From: Geosiphon pyriformis uo1
Taxonomy: Eukaryota > Fungi > Glomeromycota
Direction: 5' to 3'
NCBI GenBank assembly: GCA_016748015.1
Contig: JAAOMT010000236.1
Location: 104,874-122,588 of the forward strand
DNA length: 17,715 nt
Part shown: positions 1 through 10,061 of the stretch, piece by piece
Layout of the letters: each line of letters starts with the position of its first letter
Numbering within the stretch: the stretch's first letter is position 1
Made by a program: the position numbers and the translations under genes
Notes under the pieces: generated by a model
Told to the model about the DNA's origin: nothing
What the model saw: the letters and a program-made list of their open reading frames with translations, nothing else
Database searches by the model: none

Positions 1-2805
1 CATTAGTATAGTAAGATTAAATATTTTTTTAACAAACAGTTATTAAAGTTTTTCAAATTGGAATTGTTAATTACCAAAGTAGTAAAATCTTTTAAATCTA
101 ATGATGTATCTAAAATTAATGCTCTGTTTTATATTTGGCTAGTTGTTAATAGGAATAAGACTTCTAAGATACAAATTATGATTTAAAATAGAACTAAGTT
201 AATAAATCTTCTCAATTATTTGTCTAAAATTAGAAAAAATTATTACAAATCCAAATTGTATAAGTTTAAAACTGTTAAAACAATTACTATTAAATAAGCA
301 ATTAAAAAAAAATGGAAAATATTTGTTTGAATAAAGACTGCATAATCAGAAATATGTTGAAAAAACTGTTTCATAAGATAGTATTAGATTATTTAATAGT
401 TATTGAAAAACTGGTTTTGAAGTCTAATAAAATTAAATCTAAAATTGATATTATTATAAAAGATTAAACCAAAAAGTATATAGTTTTTGGGTTATTGTTA
501 GGGCTTTGTATTAATCAATATACTTTTTTGAATTGTGTAAACAATAAAGTTTTTTTAAAAGTTATAAGTATTATTGATTTAAAAAAATTGGTTTATATAA
601 TAAAAAATTTACTAGATAGAAAGGCTGTTAATTTAAATAATATCTTAAATAAACTGTAGAAACATTGTAATAAGAATATTATTAGATGTTTTTTAGTCTT
701 TTTGAACTCATGTTTATCTTTGAGTACAATGCTAATTTTATGAAAAAAGACATAAATCTTAATAATATCTAAATTTTATGAATAGAATAAAGTTTTTAAA
801 AACATTAAACTGATCACTTTAATTGAAACAGTTAAGAAAATTTTAAAAAAATATTTTTAAATTGGATCTTATCTGCATACAGTTGATTTAATGTTCTTTG
901 TAAGAACAATTTTTTTGTTTTAAAGAATACTTTAATGCAGTTTTTTGCTTTTGTTGTTGATTCAATAATTAAAAATGCTTTAGAAAAAAATAAAAAAATT
1001 TGGTTAGTATTATAAAATATGTACAAAGCATATAATTCTGTTGGTTAATCTTATTTAAAAACCAGTTTGCAGCATATTAAAATATGTGAAAAATTTATTA
1101 ATTTCTTTTGGCAGCATTTATAAAAACAGAATAAATAGAGTTATAACAGATTTTGTTCTTATATATAGATATTGAGTACATAATAGATTAGATTAAAATA
1201 AGATATTTTCTCTTTTTTTTTGAAAAATTTTCTATAATTATCTTTTATATAAGATTAAAAAACATAAAAATTTGTATAGATATTGGATTAATACCAGATT
1301 CATAACCAAAACAAGAAAAATAGATGCCAAAAGAAAAAAATTTCTTTTTTCACAACTGGTGCTTTTGTTAATAATACTATCTGAATTAAAAATAGTCAGA
1401 CTTTTATGCAATATATATTGAATATTACCAGTAAATTTTTTTTATTTAATAATATTTTAATTAATAATAATAAAACAATAGCTATTTTTATTAATTAACA
1501 GATTAAAAATGCTTTTTTAAAAATTAGTGAACTATCAATTTTAATTGCCAAAAGTAAAGTGCTACATAGATATTTGGAGATTTTTTTATTAACAAATAAT
1601 TTGTCAAAATCTAATATAACTAAAGTTCAGTCTAATATCAAGTTTTTTTTAAATGTAGTATTAAGAAAAACTATTATAGATAAATAATTTTCTTATCTGG
1701 TTTTAACTGTTCTGTAATTTATAGTTGAGTATTGATTACAGTTCAGTTTTGTTTCTTCTGAAGTTTATTGCCAATAAAATATTATAGTCAAAAAAAACCT
1801 TAGATTAAAAACTGGTCTATTTTAAAATTTTTTTAATAATACACTATATTATTTTTTATTGTATAATCTAAAAACATTTGAGCAAGTTTAAACTAAAAAA
1901 AATTGCTTTAATTATTGTTTTTGTAAATACTGCTGGTATTCTTGATTAATTCTTTAATCATAGATTTTTGGATTTGCAGATTCTGAACTGAACTTTTTTG
2001 AATTTCTTGCAACATTTAATTTGGTTGTTAGTTGGTTTTTTTAACAATTTTTTGGTTAAAGTAGTGTGTATTTTTTTGACAATAATCTTTTGTTGGTAAA
2101 TAATTTGTCTTGTGTATTTTTTAATTTTGACAAATTTTTTATTTTAAGTATTCTGAGAGCTTTTTTGTATTTTGATAAGATTAGTTCTTTAAAGAGATTT
2201 GAAATAGTTTTTTGTAATAGGCTTTTGAATAAAAAGAGCAAAATAATAAATTAAAAGACATTTTGCTATTAAAAAATATTAGATTCTAAAAGACTTGTGT
2301 TTTTTTGGTTTGTTTTGACATCAAAGTTTTTACATAGTTTTAATCTTATGTTAACATCTTTTGGTATAATTTTTGAGTTGGTAAATAATAGTATTTTGTT
2401 GTTAAATGAATTTTTAATACTGAAGAAGTGTTTGCATAAAATCTAATCAAATAAGATCAATATGTATATTAATAGAATTTTAAAAAGTTTAGGTTTTTCT
2501 ATTATTATTAATAAAGCTGCTGTATATTTTTCTAAAGTGGATTTGGGAGTTGAGATTAGAATTCATGGATTATTGTCATTAATATTAACTAAATTACATG
2601 CTATAGCTTTTTTTCTGAAGTGTATATCTTTTTTTTGTGCTGTAATAATATATTTAAATAGCCAAACTATTATAAATGCTTGTATTTTAGAATTGAAGTT
2701 GTTAAGTTCTGATTTTTATAATCACTATTAGATGATAAAAAAACATATTTACAAACTTAATTAGAGATAAAAATCTTTTAGTAATTTGGTTAAAAACTAA
2801 GAAAC
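1..2805 (+). pseudogene. Heavily degenerated LINE (non-LTR retrotransposon) ORF2 relic: linker, reverse transcriptase and RNase H; runs off the window start and breaks off inside RNase H
   Basis: Manual translation is colinear with ORF2 of the LINE at 10062..14750. KFFKLELLITKVVKS vs RFHKLKLLVSKIVKAS; LFHKIVLDYLIVIEKLVL vs LFCKVVLDHLVVGNKLVL; NALEKNKKIWLVL*NMYKAYNSVG* vs NALEKNRELWLVLQDIRKAYDSVG; RT core GAFVNNTI* (FVNN 1364..1375) vs GVFVDNTIW. ORF-track 2462..2731 (YINRILKSLG...TKLHAIAFFLKC...YLNSQTIINAC) matches RNase H (YTNGLLRNLG...AELQAIALALEY...FSDSQSALNAC). Homology ends at WLKTKK (~2805; cf. WHKVKG). Many stops and frameshifts. Confidence 0.93.
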
Positions 2806-3098
2806 TATTGCCAAAAAAACCAAAACTCTTATACAAAGATTTAATTTTTTAAATATAAAGCTTATTTTATCTTATATATTATACATTCTATTTATAAAAG
2901 ACTTCAACAAACTATGATGCAAATCATTTATAATCATCAAAAATATAGATCAGTCCGAAATTTTAAATGATAATTTTTACATGTTTTTATTTATATAATT
3001 AAATTTTATTGGTCAATATACATGTGTTTTTAATATATTATTTATAATAAAAAATAAAATTTTATTAAATTTTATATAATATAAAACCAAATACAATA

Positions 3099-5090
3099 TT
3101 ACAAAGTTTGAATATTATTTAATTTATTTAATTCTTTAAGAATATTATCTGAGTTTTTTATAAGATTTATACTTTTTTATAGCATGTTTTACTAATTTTC
3201 TATTGAAAATTGTTTAATAGTTATTAAAGATATTGATTCAAAACTTTTAGACACTGTTTTTTGTAATTTTTTCCATAAATAATCATATTTGTTATGTGCA
3301 TATCTTTTAGCAGCTCTCCAATATTTTTCAATAAAATATAATTCACAATGAAATTTTGAAAAAAAATGCACTTATGTTTCATACTTTTAATTAATTTTTC
3401 AATTGTATTTTTTAAGTAAGAAAATCAAATTCCAAAAATATTACTTAACATACACAACAAGAAACTTTTAAAGAAACTTTGATTTTTTTTTTGTATTTTT
3501 AACATTCTAATATTAATTTTTTTGCTGGCTATTTTTTTTATTCTATTAATACTTGTTTAATTTCTTTAGACAATTTTCAAAGTTTTTCATCTGAATATGT
3601 TTCCAGAAAGATTATCAATTGTAATTAATTATTTAATCTAAAAGAAGTATTTTATATTAATGATTGCTTTTTACCTGGACTTAAATTTATCCTGCTTATA
3701 ATTAAAACATCTTTACTAAATGCTGTATAATTAGAACTATTATCAAAAGCAAATACAGCTATATAATTTAAATATGATTTTTTTTGGTATATTTGAATAG
3801 TTTTCTTTATTATTTTGTTGTAAATACAAATGTCTATTAATTTTAGTTAGAAATTTACTGACTATAATTGATCTTTCATTTTTTTTTTTCTTAGTGGCAA
3901 ATTTCTATGTTTAGTTTATATATCATGCTTGTTATTATTTAAATAAAAATACATTTATTATAGATTATAAGAACTCTTTTTTTTCCATTAAATAAGTTAG
4001 GGTATATTTAATCTATAAATTCATCTTTATACTTTAATATATACTTTTTATGCTTATATATTTTTTCTAAAATTTTTTTTCAAGATTACAAGACATTATT
4101 TTTTTATGTTTATTATAATATAAGTTTTGATAATGTTGTTGGAATAAATAACTAAGAATTTTGAATTATCTTACTGCAGTTGTAAAACTAATAGTTTTTT
4201 TTTCATTATTCCAATATTAAGAAACAATTTATGCTTGATAAATTTTTTAAATATGACTAAAATAGCATTAAAGTTTTGGTTTCTAATTTAAATATAACAT
4301 CTTTCTATAATATTTTCATTATTAATTATTTTAATTATTTTTAAGTGTTTTTTATGTTTTAATATTAGAAGCTTATTATTAAGCAATTAATACTTTGCAA
4401 AATATTGAATTTTTCATCCTTTTCATATATACTATTAATAAAAACTTTCTAAGAAATTTTCAAACTGGCATTAATTTTTTTATGTTCATTATTATCATTT
4501 AACAAGGTAAAATATTCAAAAATAGCTCTTTTTTGATTATATTTGAAAACAGTTAACTAAGTATGTTGTTTTTTTAAATGTTTTTTTAACTTTTGCTCTT
4601 TTTTTATTCGACTAGTATACAGATCAACCTCACTTTCTGAATTGCTTAAAGATTTATTAGATTTAAACTATTGTAAATCTGTAGTTTAAGCACCACTAAT
4701 ATTAAAAAAAGTGGTAATTTTTTAGTTCTAACTGCTGCTTTGGTGAATAAACTATTTGGTTTATATTTATTGTAATAAGTTAACTTTGGTATCTTTTTTG
4801 TTATGTAAGAATCTCACTTCTTTTTTTAGATAATTGTTATTTTTCTATATTAAACTAAGTTTTTTTAATTTTGTATTTATTCTAATTACAGCTTTTATAT
4901 CTTCTGTATTATCTTATCCACTGTTATTATTATTGCCCTATTCTTTATTACTAACATCCAGTCTGTTAAATTCATTTACTTCAATATTATAATTATTTAT
5001 TGAAATGATATAATGTGTTTTTTTATATGATTTTTTTGTATTTTTAACTTGATCTTTAGCTTTTCTTTTTCTTTTAAAATAAAATGGCAT
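3099..5090 (-). pseudogene. Degenerate IS630/Tc1/mariner-superfamily DDE transposase (fungal type with long D-E spacer)
   Basis: Minus-strand manual translation, not in the ORF track. Start MPFYFKRKRKAK at 5090; YYNKHK (family YYDGHE) ~4105..4120; IIYNKCIF (VTHDECIF, first D) 3945..3968; RSIIVSKFL; AVFAFDNSSNYTAFSKDVLIISRINLSPGKKQ (second D at 3742..3744); SCCVC*VIFLEFDFLT*K; HKCIFF/KFHCELYFIEKYWRAAKRYAH (family [24 protein letters not shown]) ~3295..3376; KHAIKKYKSY, with a stop near 3099. Family motifs are from recall. TIRs not resolved. Confidence 0.88.
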
Positions 5091-5727
5091 TTTTTATGTA
5101 ATGTGATATTAATCTAATGTGTAATTGATGCTTGAACAGAATTAAAGAATTTAAATCATGTAATATTGTACAACAAAATTATATTACAATAAAAATAGTG
5201 TTTTTAAATCTTTTTGATTTTAATTTAAACTTTAATTTCTGTTTTGTAGTTCTAAATAAGAAGCAATTAAACAACCAACTCAAAAAACATTCAATTTTCA
5301 AATTAAAGCCGATTTCTCAAAGCTGATGAAAAATTTATTGCAAATGATTGTTGATTAAAAAGATAATAGATAAGAATATTTGAAATAGATTTCAATTTTA
5401 GTATTATAGCTTAGTTGTGACTTCTCATTTTCATATTTAGTAGTCAATGTTACCAGTAAAATTTTAGTTATTAATTAACATAAAATTACTCTTATAATTT
5501 TTATTATTAATTAGTATATATTATTATTATATTAATTATTACTTATTATTTAATTAATTATTAAATATTATTATTTAATTAATAACCTAATTTGTATCAT
5601 AGAAATTAAGATGATCAAATTACACAATACTCTGAACTATTTAACATAGTCAAAATTCACAAAAATTAATAAAAATTGGCCAAAATAATCAATAATTTAG
5701 AGAAATAACTTGTAGTTTGCCAAAATG

Positions 5728-6419
5728 TATCTTTGGTTTACCAAAATTGTAGCAAAGAGAAAAGTGCAAGTCCAAAAACTAGTACTACAACAAGTTGTAT
5801 AAAAAAAAAGCTTCTTTTTTTAAGAAAAAGTATCTTTTTATATCTAACCATAGTATCTTACTTTAGATATCTTAATTAGAACAAATTACTTTTTATACAT
5901 CTTAAATAAAAATTAAATATTCAAAAAACCAAATTCTTTAATTATTATACTTGACATTCTCTTAACACAACTAACATTTTGAAATTGATTAAATACCAAT
6001 TTCAGTAATCTGTTGGTAATTTTAGATCTGAATAGAAAACGTTTTCCTTAACAAAATTCTATTTCTTTTACATTTCTTTTATTTTTATTTTTTTTCTTAT
6101 TATAATTTTTGAGATAGCCTACAGATAAGATTCCTGTAGAAGAGTTAACTTTTACAGCAAAGTAACTACACATTTTAGTAAGCTTTCAAATGAGCAATTC
6201 TTGAGAAAAAGTTGATGTTTATTACAATGTAACTACATAAAATAACTGGCAAGAAATTGGCTATTCCATTTATAAACTCAGTAGTTTAAATTATAAAAGA
6301 TAATTTGAAAATAAATTCAGTTATTAGAAGTTTAACTACTTCCAAAAAACGTGGATTTACAACAAACAGACATTAATAACATTCAAAAAAAAAAACCAAA
6401 AACCTCTGGTAACATTGAC
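5728..6419 (+). repeat. Dispersed repeat, copy A (possibly the 3' part of an LTR plus leader and start of internal ORF); may extend left to TGTTACCA at 5448
   Basis: Aligns block by block with 9754..9925 plus 16600..16890. tatctttggtttaccaaaat vs tatttttagtttgccaaaat; gtataaaaaaaaagcttctttttt vs gtataaaaaaaaagctttttttt; atagcctacagataagattcctgtagaagagttaacttttacagcaaagtaactacacatt vs atagcttatagttaaaattttttgtaaaaaaattaatttttacaataaaataattatacatt; ctctggtaacattg vs ttctgataatattg. The LTR interpretation is inference only. Confidence 0.8.
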
Positions 6420-8670
6420 AATATGCCAAATTATTTATAGATTTACTGTTTAAAGAAAAATATCTAGAATATTATGATGTAATTAAAGAGCCAAAATTCT
6501 TAAACATGATTGAAGTTAGTACTATGTACTTTTTTTTTATTAGTTACTTAATACTTAACATATGTTTTTTACATTATATTAGTAAAAAATTCAAAAAGAA
6601 TATTATTCATTTATGAATTTAATTAGGACTTGCAATTGATTTCAAAAATGCTATGTATTTTAATAATAATTTACATATTTTTAAAAATGCCAAATTTTTA
6701 TAAGTAAGAAATTTATTAGATCTTTACAAAAAAATCTGGGTTTTATTTATTTAAATTAATATGTTTTATATATTTTTTACATTAAAACAAACTCATTAAA
6801 AAATATAAAACATTAACAAAAAAGAGCTATTCAAAATTATAGACTTTAAGACAACTTTAGTTCTTTTAATTAAGGTAAAACCAAAAATCTTTCAATTCCA
6901 ATCTGATTCTTCTAAATTAATACCAACTGATATAAGTTTTTTGATTACTGTGATAAGCTATTATATATCATATTCTAATAAGTTGTTGAAATATTCAACA
7001 ATCAAAATTTTTTTTACAGTTTAGAAAACCAATTTTAAAACTAAATCATAATTTAGTTAAATACATGATAGATATTTTAGTTATTATATTTCTTTTTGGT
7101 ATAATTTATTATTTAAATATTAAATTTAACCAGAAATTTTTATTACAGAAGATTTTATATATCTCTTAAATCTAAGCAATTTTTTGAAATACAATATTAT
7201 AGTTATTAAAAGATTATTTATAAATTCAAAGTAAGTATTCACATTATAATAAAAATGATACTGGTTAAAATTTTTAAAGTTACTTATTGTTTCTTACTTC
7301 TTATAGATTATAAAAACAGTTTGCAGATTCTTTTTTTTTTAGATCTGATTAAATTAATTTTTAATCATGAATACTATTTTTATACTTTATATTTTTAAGC
7401 TTTTAATTATTTCTCTCATTAAATGAAACATAATCTATTCTTAAAATTTTACAAAAAAAAAGTGTTCAAAACATTAGTTATTAAAGAATATATATTATAA
7501 GATATTGTAGAAAAATATTATATTATATACATAAAAATTATGTTTGAAATATAACATTTGTTTTGAAATTGTTATATAATTACTGTAAATTTAATTTTAC
7601 GGACTCTATTTATAAGATATTCTAAAAAATTTAATAACAATAATGTCTATATATGTAAATTTTTATATATAGTAGCATTAAAATTTTTTGCTACTATTAA
7701 TGATTGGAAAATAAAGTTAAAAGTCAAAGTTTTAAATAACACAAATATCAACCAGTCATATATTTTATCTAATTCAATGATTAAGTTATATGATCAATTG
7801 TTTTTGACTATAACATTATTCTATCCAGTTTTTTTGACTTATTTTAAGACTTTGTTCCAAGATCTTCAAAAAAAACCTTATATTTGTCTAAATTGATGCA
7901 TCCACATAATAAAAACAAGCATATAGAAAAGAAAACCAACTTTGATAGAATGCAAATTATTGATTAAACATTAGATAATAAGACAGACATTGAACTTACT
8001 ATACAAAAAAACCTAAAAATTACATAAAAATCAACAATTATAGTGTTTACAAAAGCATTTGGCAGACTTTTTTAATCACAGATAAAAACAAATTAGAGAT
8101 ATCTACTAAGCCATTAAAAAGTATTGCCCATTCTGAGACATGTGTTTCAAATATTAAAGTATATAATACTGTAAAAAAAGATAAGCCATTTATAATTTAC
8201 TGTATTAAAAAATTAATTGCATTAATTTTTTTCATAAATTTTAAGCTGTGTCTTTACTTTAAGATATAGAAATTAAAGTAAATAATCAATTTTTTACAAT
8301 ATTTTTTAATACCAAACATTTTATTTATAGTATTACTCTTAGACCAACAGCCAATCACATCACAATCATTCCAATTTTTGTTTCAAATTTGCTGCTCTTA
8401 GCACCAAAGCCAGTTGTTTTTGATATTTATTAAGAGGAATACAAGGTTACAAATAGAGTGCAAACAATTTTTTTGATATCTGGTAGAAACAATATTAATA
8501 TCTGGGTTTTTGTTTCGATAATAACAACCAAATATGATAGTAGTATAAATAGAATATTTATGATTTATAGTGCCATGTTATTAACAGAAAACATATAGAC
8601 TGAAAGATATTTTATTTTTATAAAAAAATGATTATCTAAAAATTAGATTAATATTAATTGAAAGCTTTTT
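6114..8670 (+). pseudogene. Degenerate coding relic of unknown function inside a repeat element
   Basis: Frame +2 from 6422 to 7021 has 6 stops in 200 codons by hand count, well below chance for ~80% AT DNA. Protein-like reading recurs at ~7880..8150 (PYICLN*CIHII...AIKKYCPF) and ~8420..8610. A possible eroded start (ATA GCC TAC AGA, 6114) is shared with copy B. No known domain recognised; boundaries approximate. Confidence 0.45.
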
Positions 8671-9061
8671 TGAAAATAATAATATTTTGATGATTTATTA
8701 CATAATAATATAACTTTAATAATTGTTAATTGGCTAAAATTTGATTAATTAGTATTTGAAAATTAAAGATTAATAATAAAAGTGGTTAATTTTAAACTTT
8801 AATAACTTTATAAAATATAATATAATTCAAAAAATTAAACTGTAAATATAAAAAAAAAGAACTTAATCTATCATATTTACAATTTAGTTTTTTAATATTA
8901 TTAAAATTAGAAGATTAAATACAATTTAAAATTATATAAATTGTTTGATAACTATAAATAGTTTGCACTATAGTTAGTTTTAAGCTAAATAAAACTTTTT
9001 AAATAAAATATTTTATAAATAGTTTGATTTTGCTAGAGTTTAATTTCTTAAGAGAAAATAA

Positions 9062-9368
9062 TATTATGATTAAAATAATAGTTTTTATTAGTTATTATAT
9101 GTATTAGCCACTAATATTATATAATTAACTACACTATTTTTAGATAGTGATTATTAATCTAATTAATGATTTAATTGTTAACTTAACTATTAATTTAATC
9201 ATTGATCTAATTAATAATTTGATCGTTAACTATTTTTAATAGCCATATATATATTGAGTTTTCTAGATATATATAAGAAATTATAAGAATAAAACAATAT
9301 TTATTAACTCAATCTTTTTTTTATTGCTTATTTTTTTTTCTTATTTTTTACTTTTAAATATCATAATA
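9062..9368 (+). repeat. Putative eroded LTR (~307 bp)
   Basis: Ends form a perfect 10-bp inverted repeat (atattatgat 9061..9070 / atcataatat 9360..9369), which transitions would derive from TGTTACGA...TCGTAACA. A purine tract aagagaaaa (9050..9058) lies just upstream; TATA-like tatatataag at 9268..9277 and aataaa at 9288..9293. No TSD and no partner LTR in the window; high AT content weakens every motif. Confidence 0.4.
9149..9232. repeat. Degenerate 12-bp tandem repeat, 7 copies
   Basis: gattattaatct / aattaatgattt / aattgttaactt / aactattaattt / aatcattgatct / aattaataattt / gatcgttaacta; consensus RAYYRTTRAYYT, differing mostly by transitions. Confidence 0.75.
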
Positions 9369-9753
9369 TCTTGAAATAAAATATTATTTGTTGGCATTTA
9401 TCTATTTTTTCTTGATTTATATAATTATAGTATTTAAGGATTATTAAATAAAATATGATTGAAGAATATATTTAATATTTAATATCAAATTCTAAGAATG
9501 CTAATATAAGATATAGAATTATATTAGTATATTATTATTTGTTAACAATACAAATTATTTTTTTACTTTTAGATTTTCTAGTTATTTTTTAGAAAGATTA
9601 ATAACTGAGATATTTTATAAGACTAATTTTATATATTAAATTCATATTCATTCAATTTATTTTTTAAAATTGAATTTTTTTTAATTAATTTTATTATCTT
9701 ACAATTTTGTTCTCTTTTATTATTTGTTAGTTTTTTATTTTAATCTATAATAA

Positions 9754-9925
9754 TATTTTTAGTTTGCCAAAATATTAGAAAAAAAATATTAAATTATTAA
9801 TAATATTACAATAAATAGTATAAAAAAAAAGCTTTTTTTTTTAAAAAAAATATTTTTTATAAGATATTTTATCTTAAAATTATTGGCTATTAATTTTAAT
9901 AATTATTAATACTTTTAGGTCAAAA
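9754..9925 (+). repeat. Dispersed repeat, copy B, left half (interrupted by the LINE)
   Basis: Homologous to ~5728..6030 with an internal deletion. It ends attggctattaattttaataattattaatacttttaggtc vs copy A attaaataccaatttcagtaatctgttggtaattttagatc. Confidence 0.75.
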
Positions 9926-9928
9926 TTT
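9918..9928. repeat. Target-site duplication, 3' side of the LINE (ggtcaaaattt)
   Basis: Matches ggtctaaattt at 16600..16610 at 10 of 11 positions; the last three T overlap the poly(A) tail. Confidence 0.8.
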
Positions 9929-9942
9929 TTTTTTTTTTTATT
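9926..9942 (-). other. Poly(A) tail (14 A) with overlapping AATAAA
   Basis: T14 at 9926..9939 on +; the minus strand reads ...gttaaattAATAAAaaaaaaaaaaa. Confidence 0.85.
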
Positions 9943-10061
9943 AATTTAACAAGTGAGGTCCACACACAACCTAGCACTATACATTAAAAAAATAATCTAA
10001 ACTAGGCATGAATCATGTATTTTCTACACGTGACCAGCCATTCGGACCAGTCAGAACAACA

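Noticed and set aside
832-2254. Short ORFs 832..1026(-), 2056..2241(-) and 2066..2254(+) as genes
   Set aside because: They are antisense or residual open stretches of the eroded LINE ORF2, with K/F/I/N-rich composition from AT bias.
5132-5326. 64-aa ORF upstream of the transposase
   Set aside because: Non-ATG start, low complexity and no motif.
2806-5440. TIRs/TA TSD for the DDE transposon, and resumption of the LINE relic after it
   Set aside because: Only weak AT-rich similarity (e.g. aatcattt near 2922 vs the reverse complement near 5345); no convincing terminal match or RNase H continuation.
5443-6419. Perfect 14-bp inverted repeat gtcaatgttaccag (5443..5456) / ctggtaacattgac (6406..6419) as TIRs of a MITE
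   Set aside because: No TSD; the right arm is internal to the relic reading frame and has a homologue inside copy B (ctgataatattg). Treated as probable coincidence, though homology with copy B does end close to it.
9149-9232. CRISPR array or bacterial retron/DGR/group II intron reading of the repeats and RT
   Set aside because: No spacers or cas genes; the RT is fused to APE and RNase H with poly(A) and TSD, which is a eukaryotic LINE.
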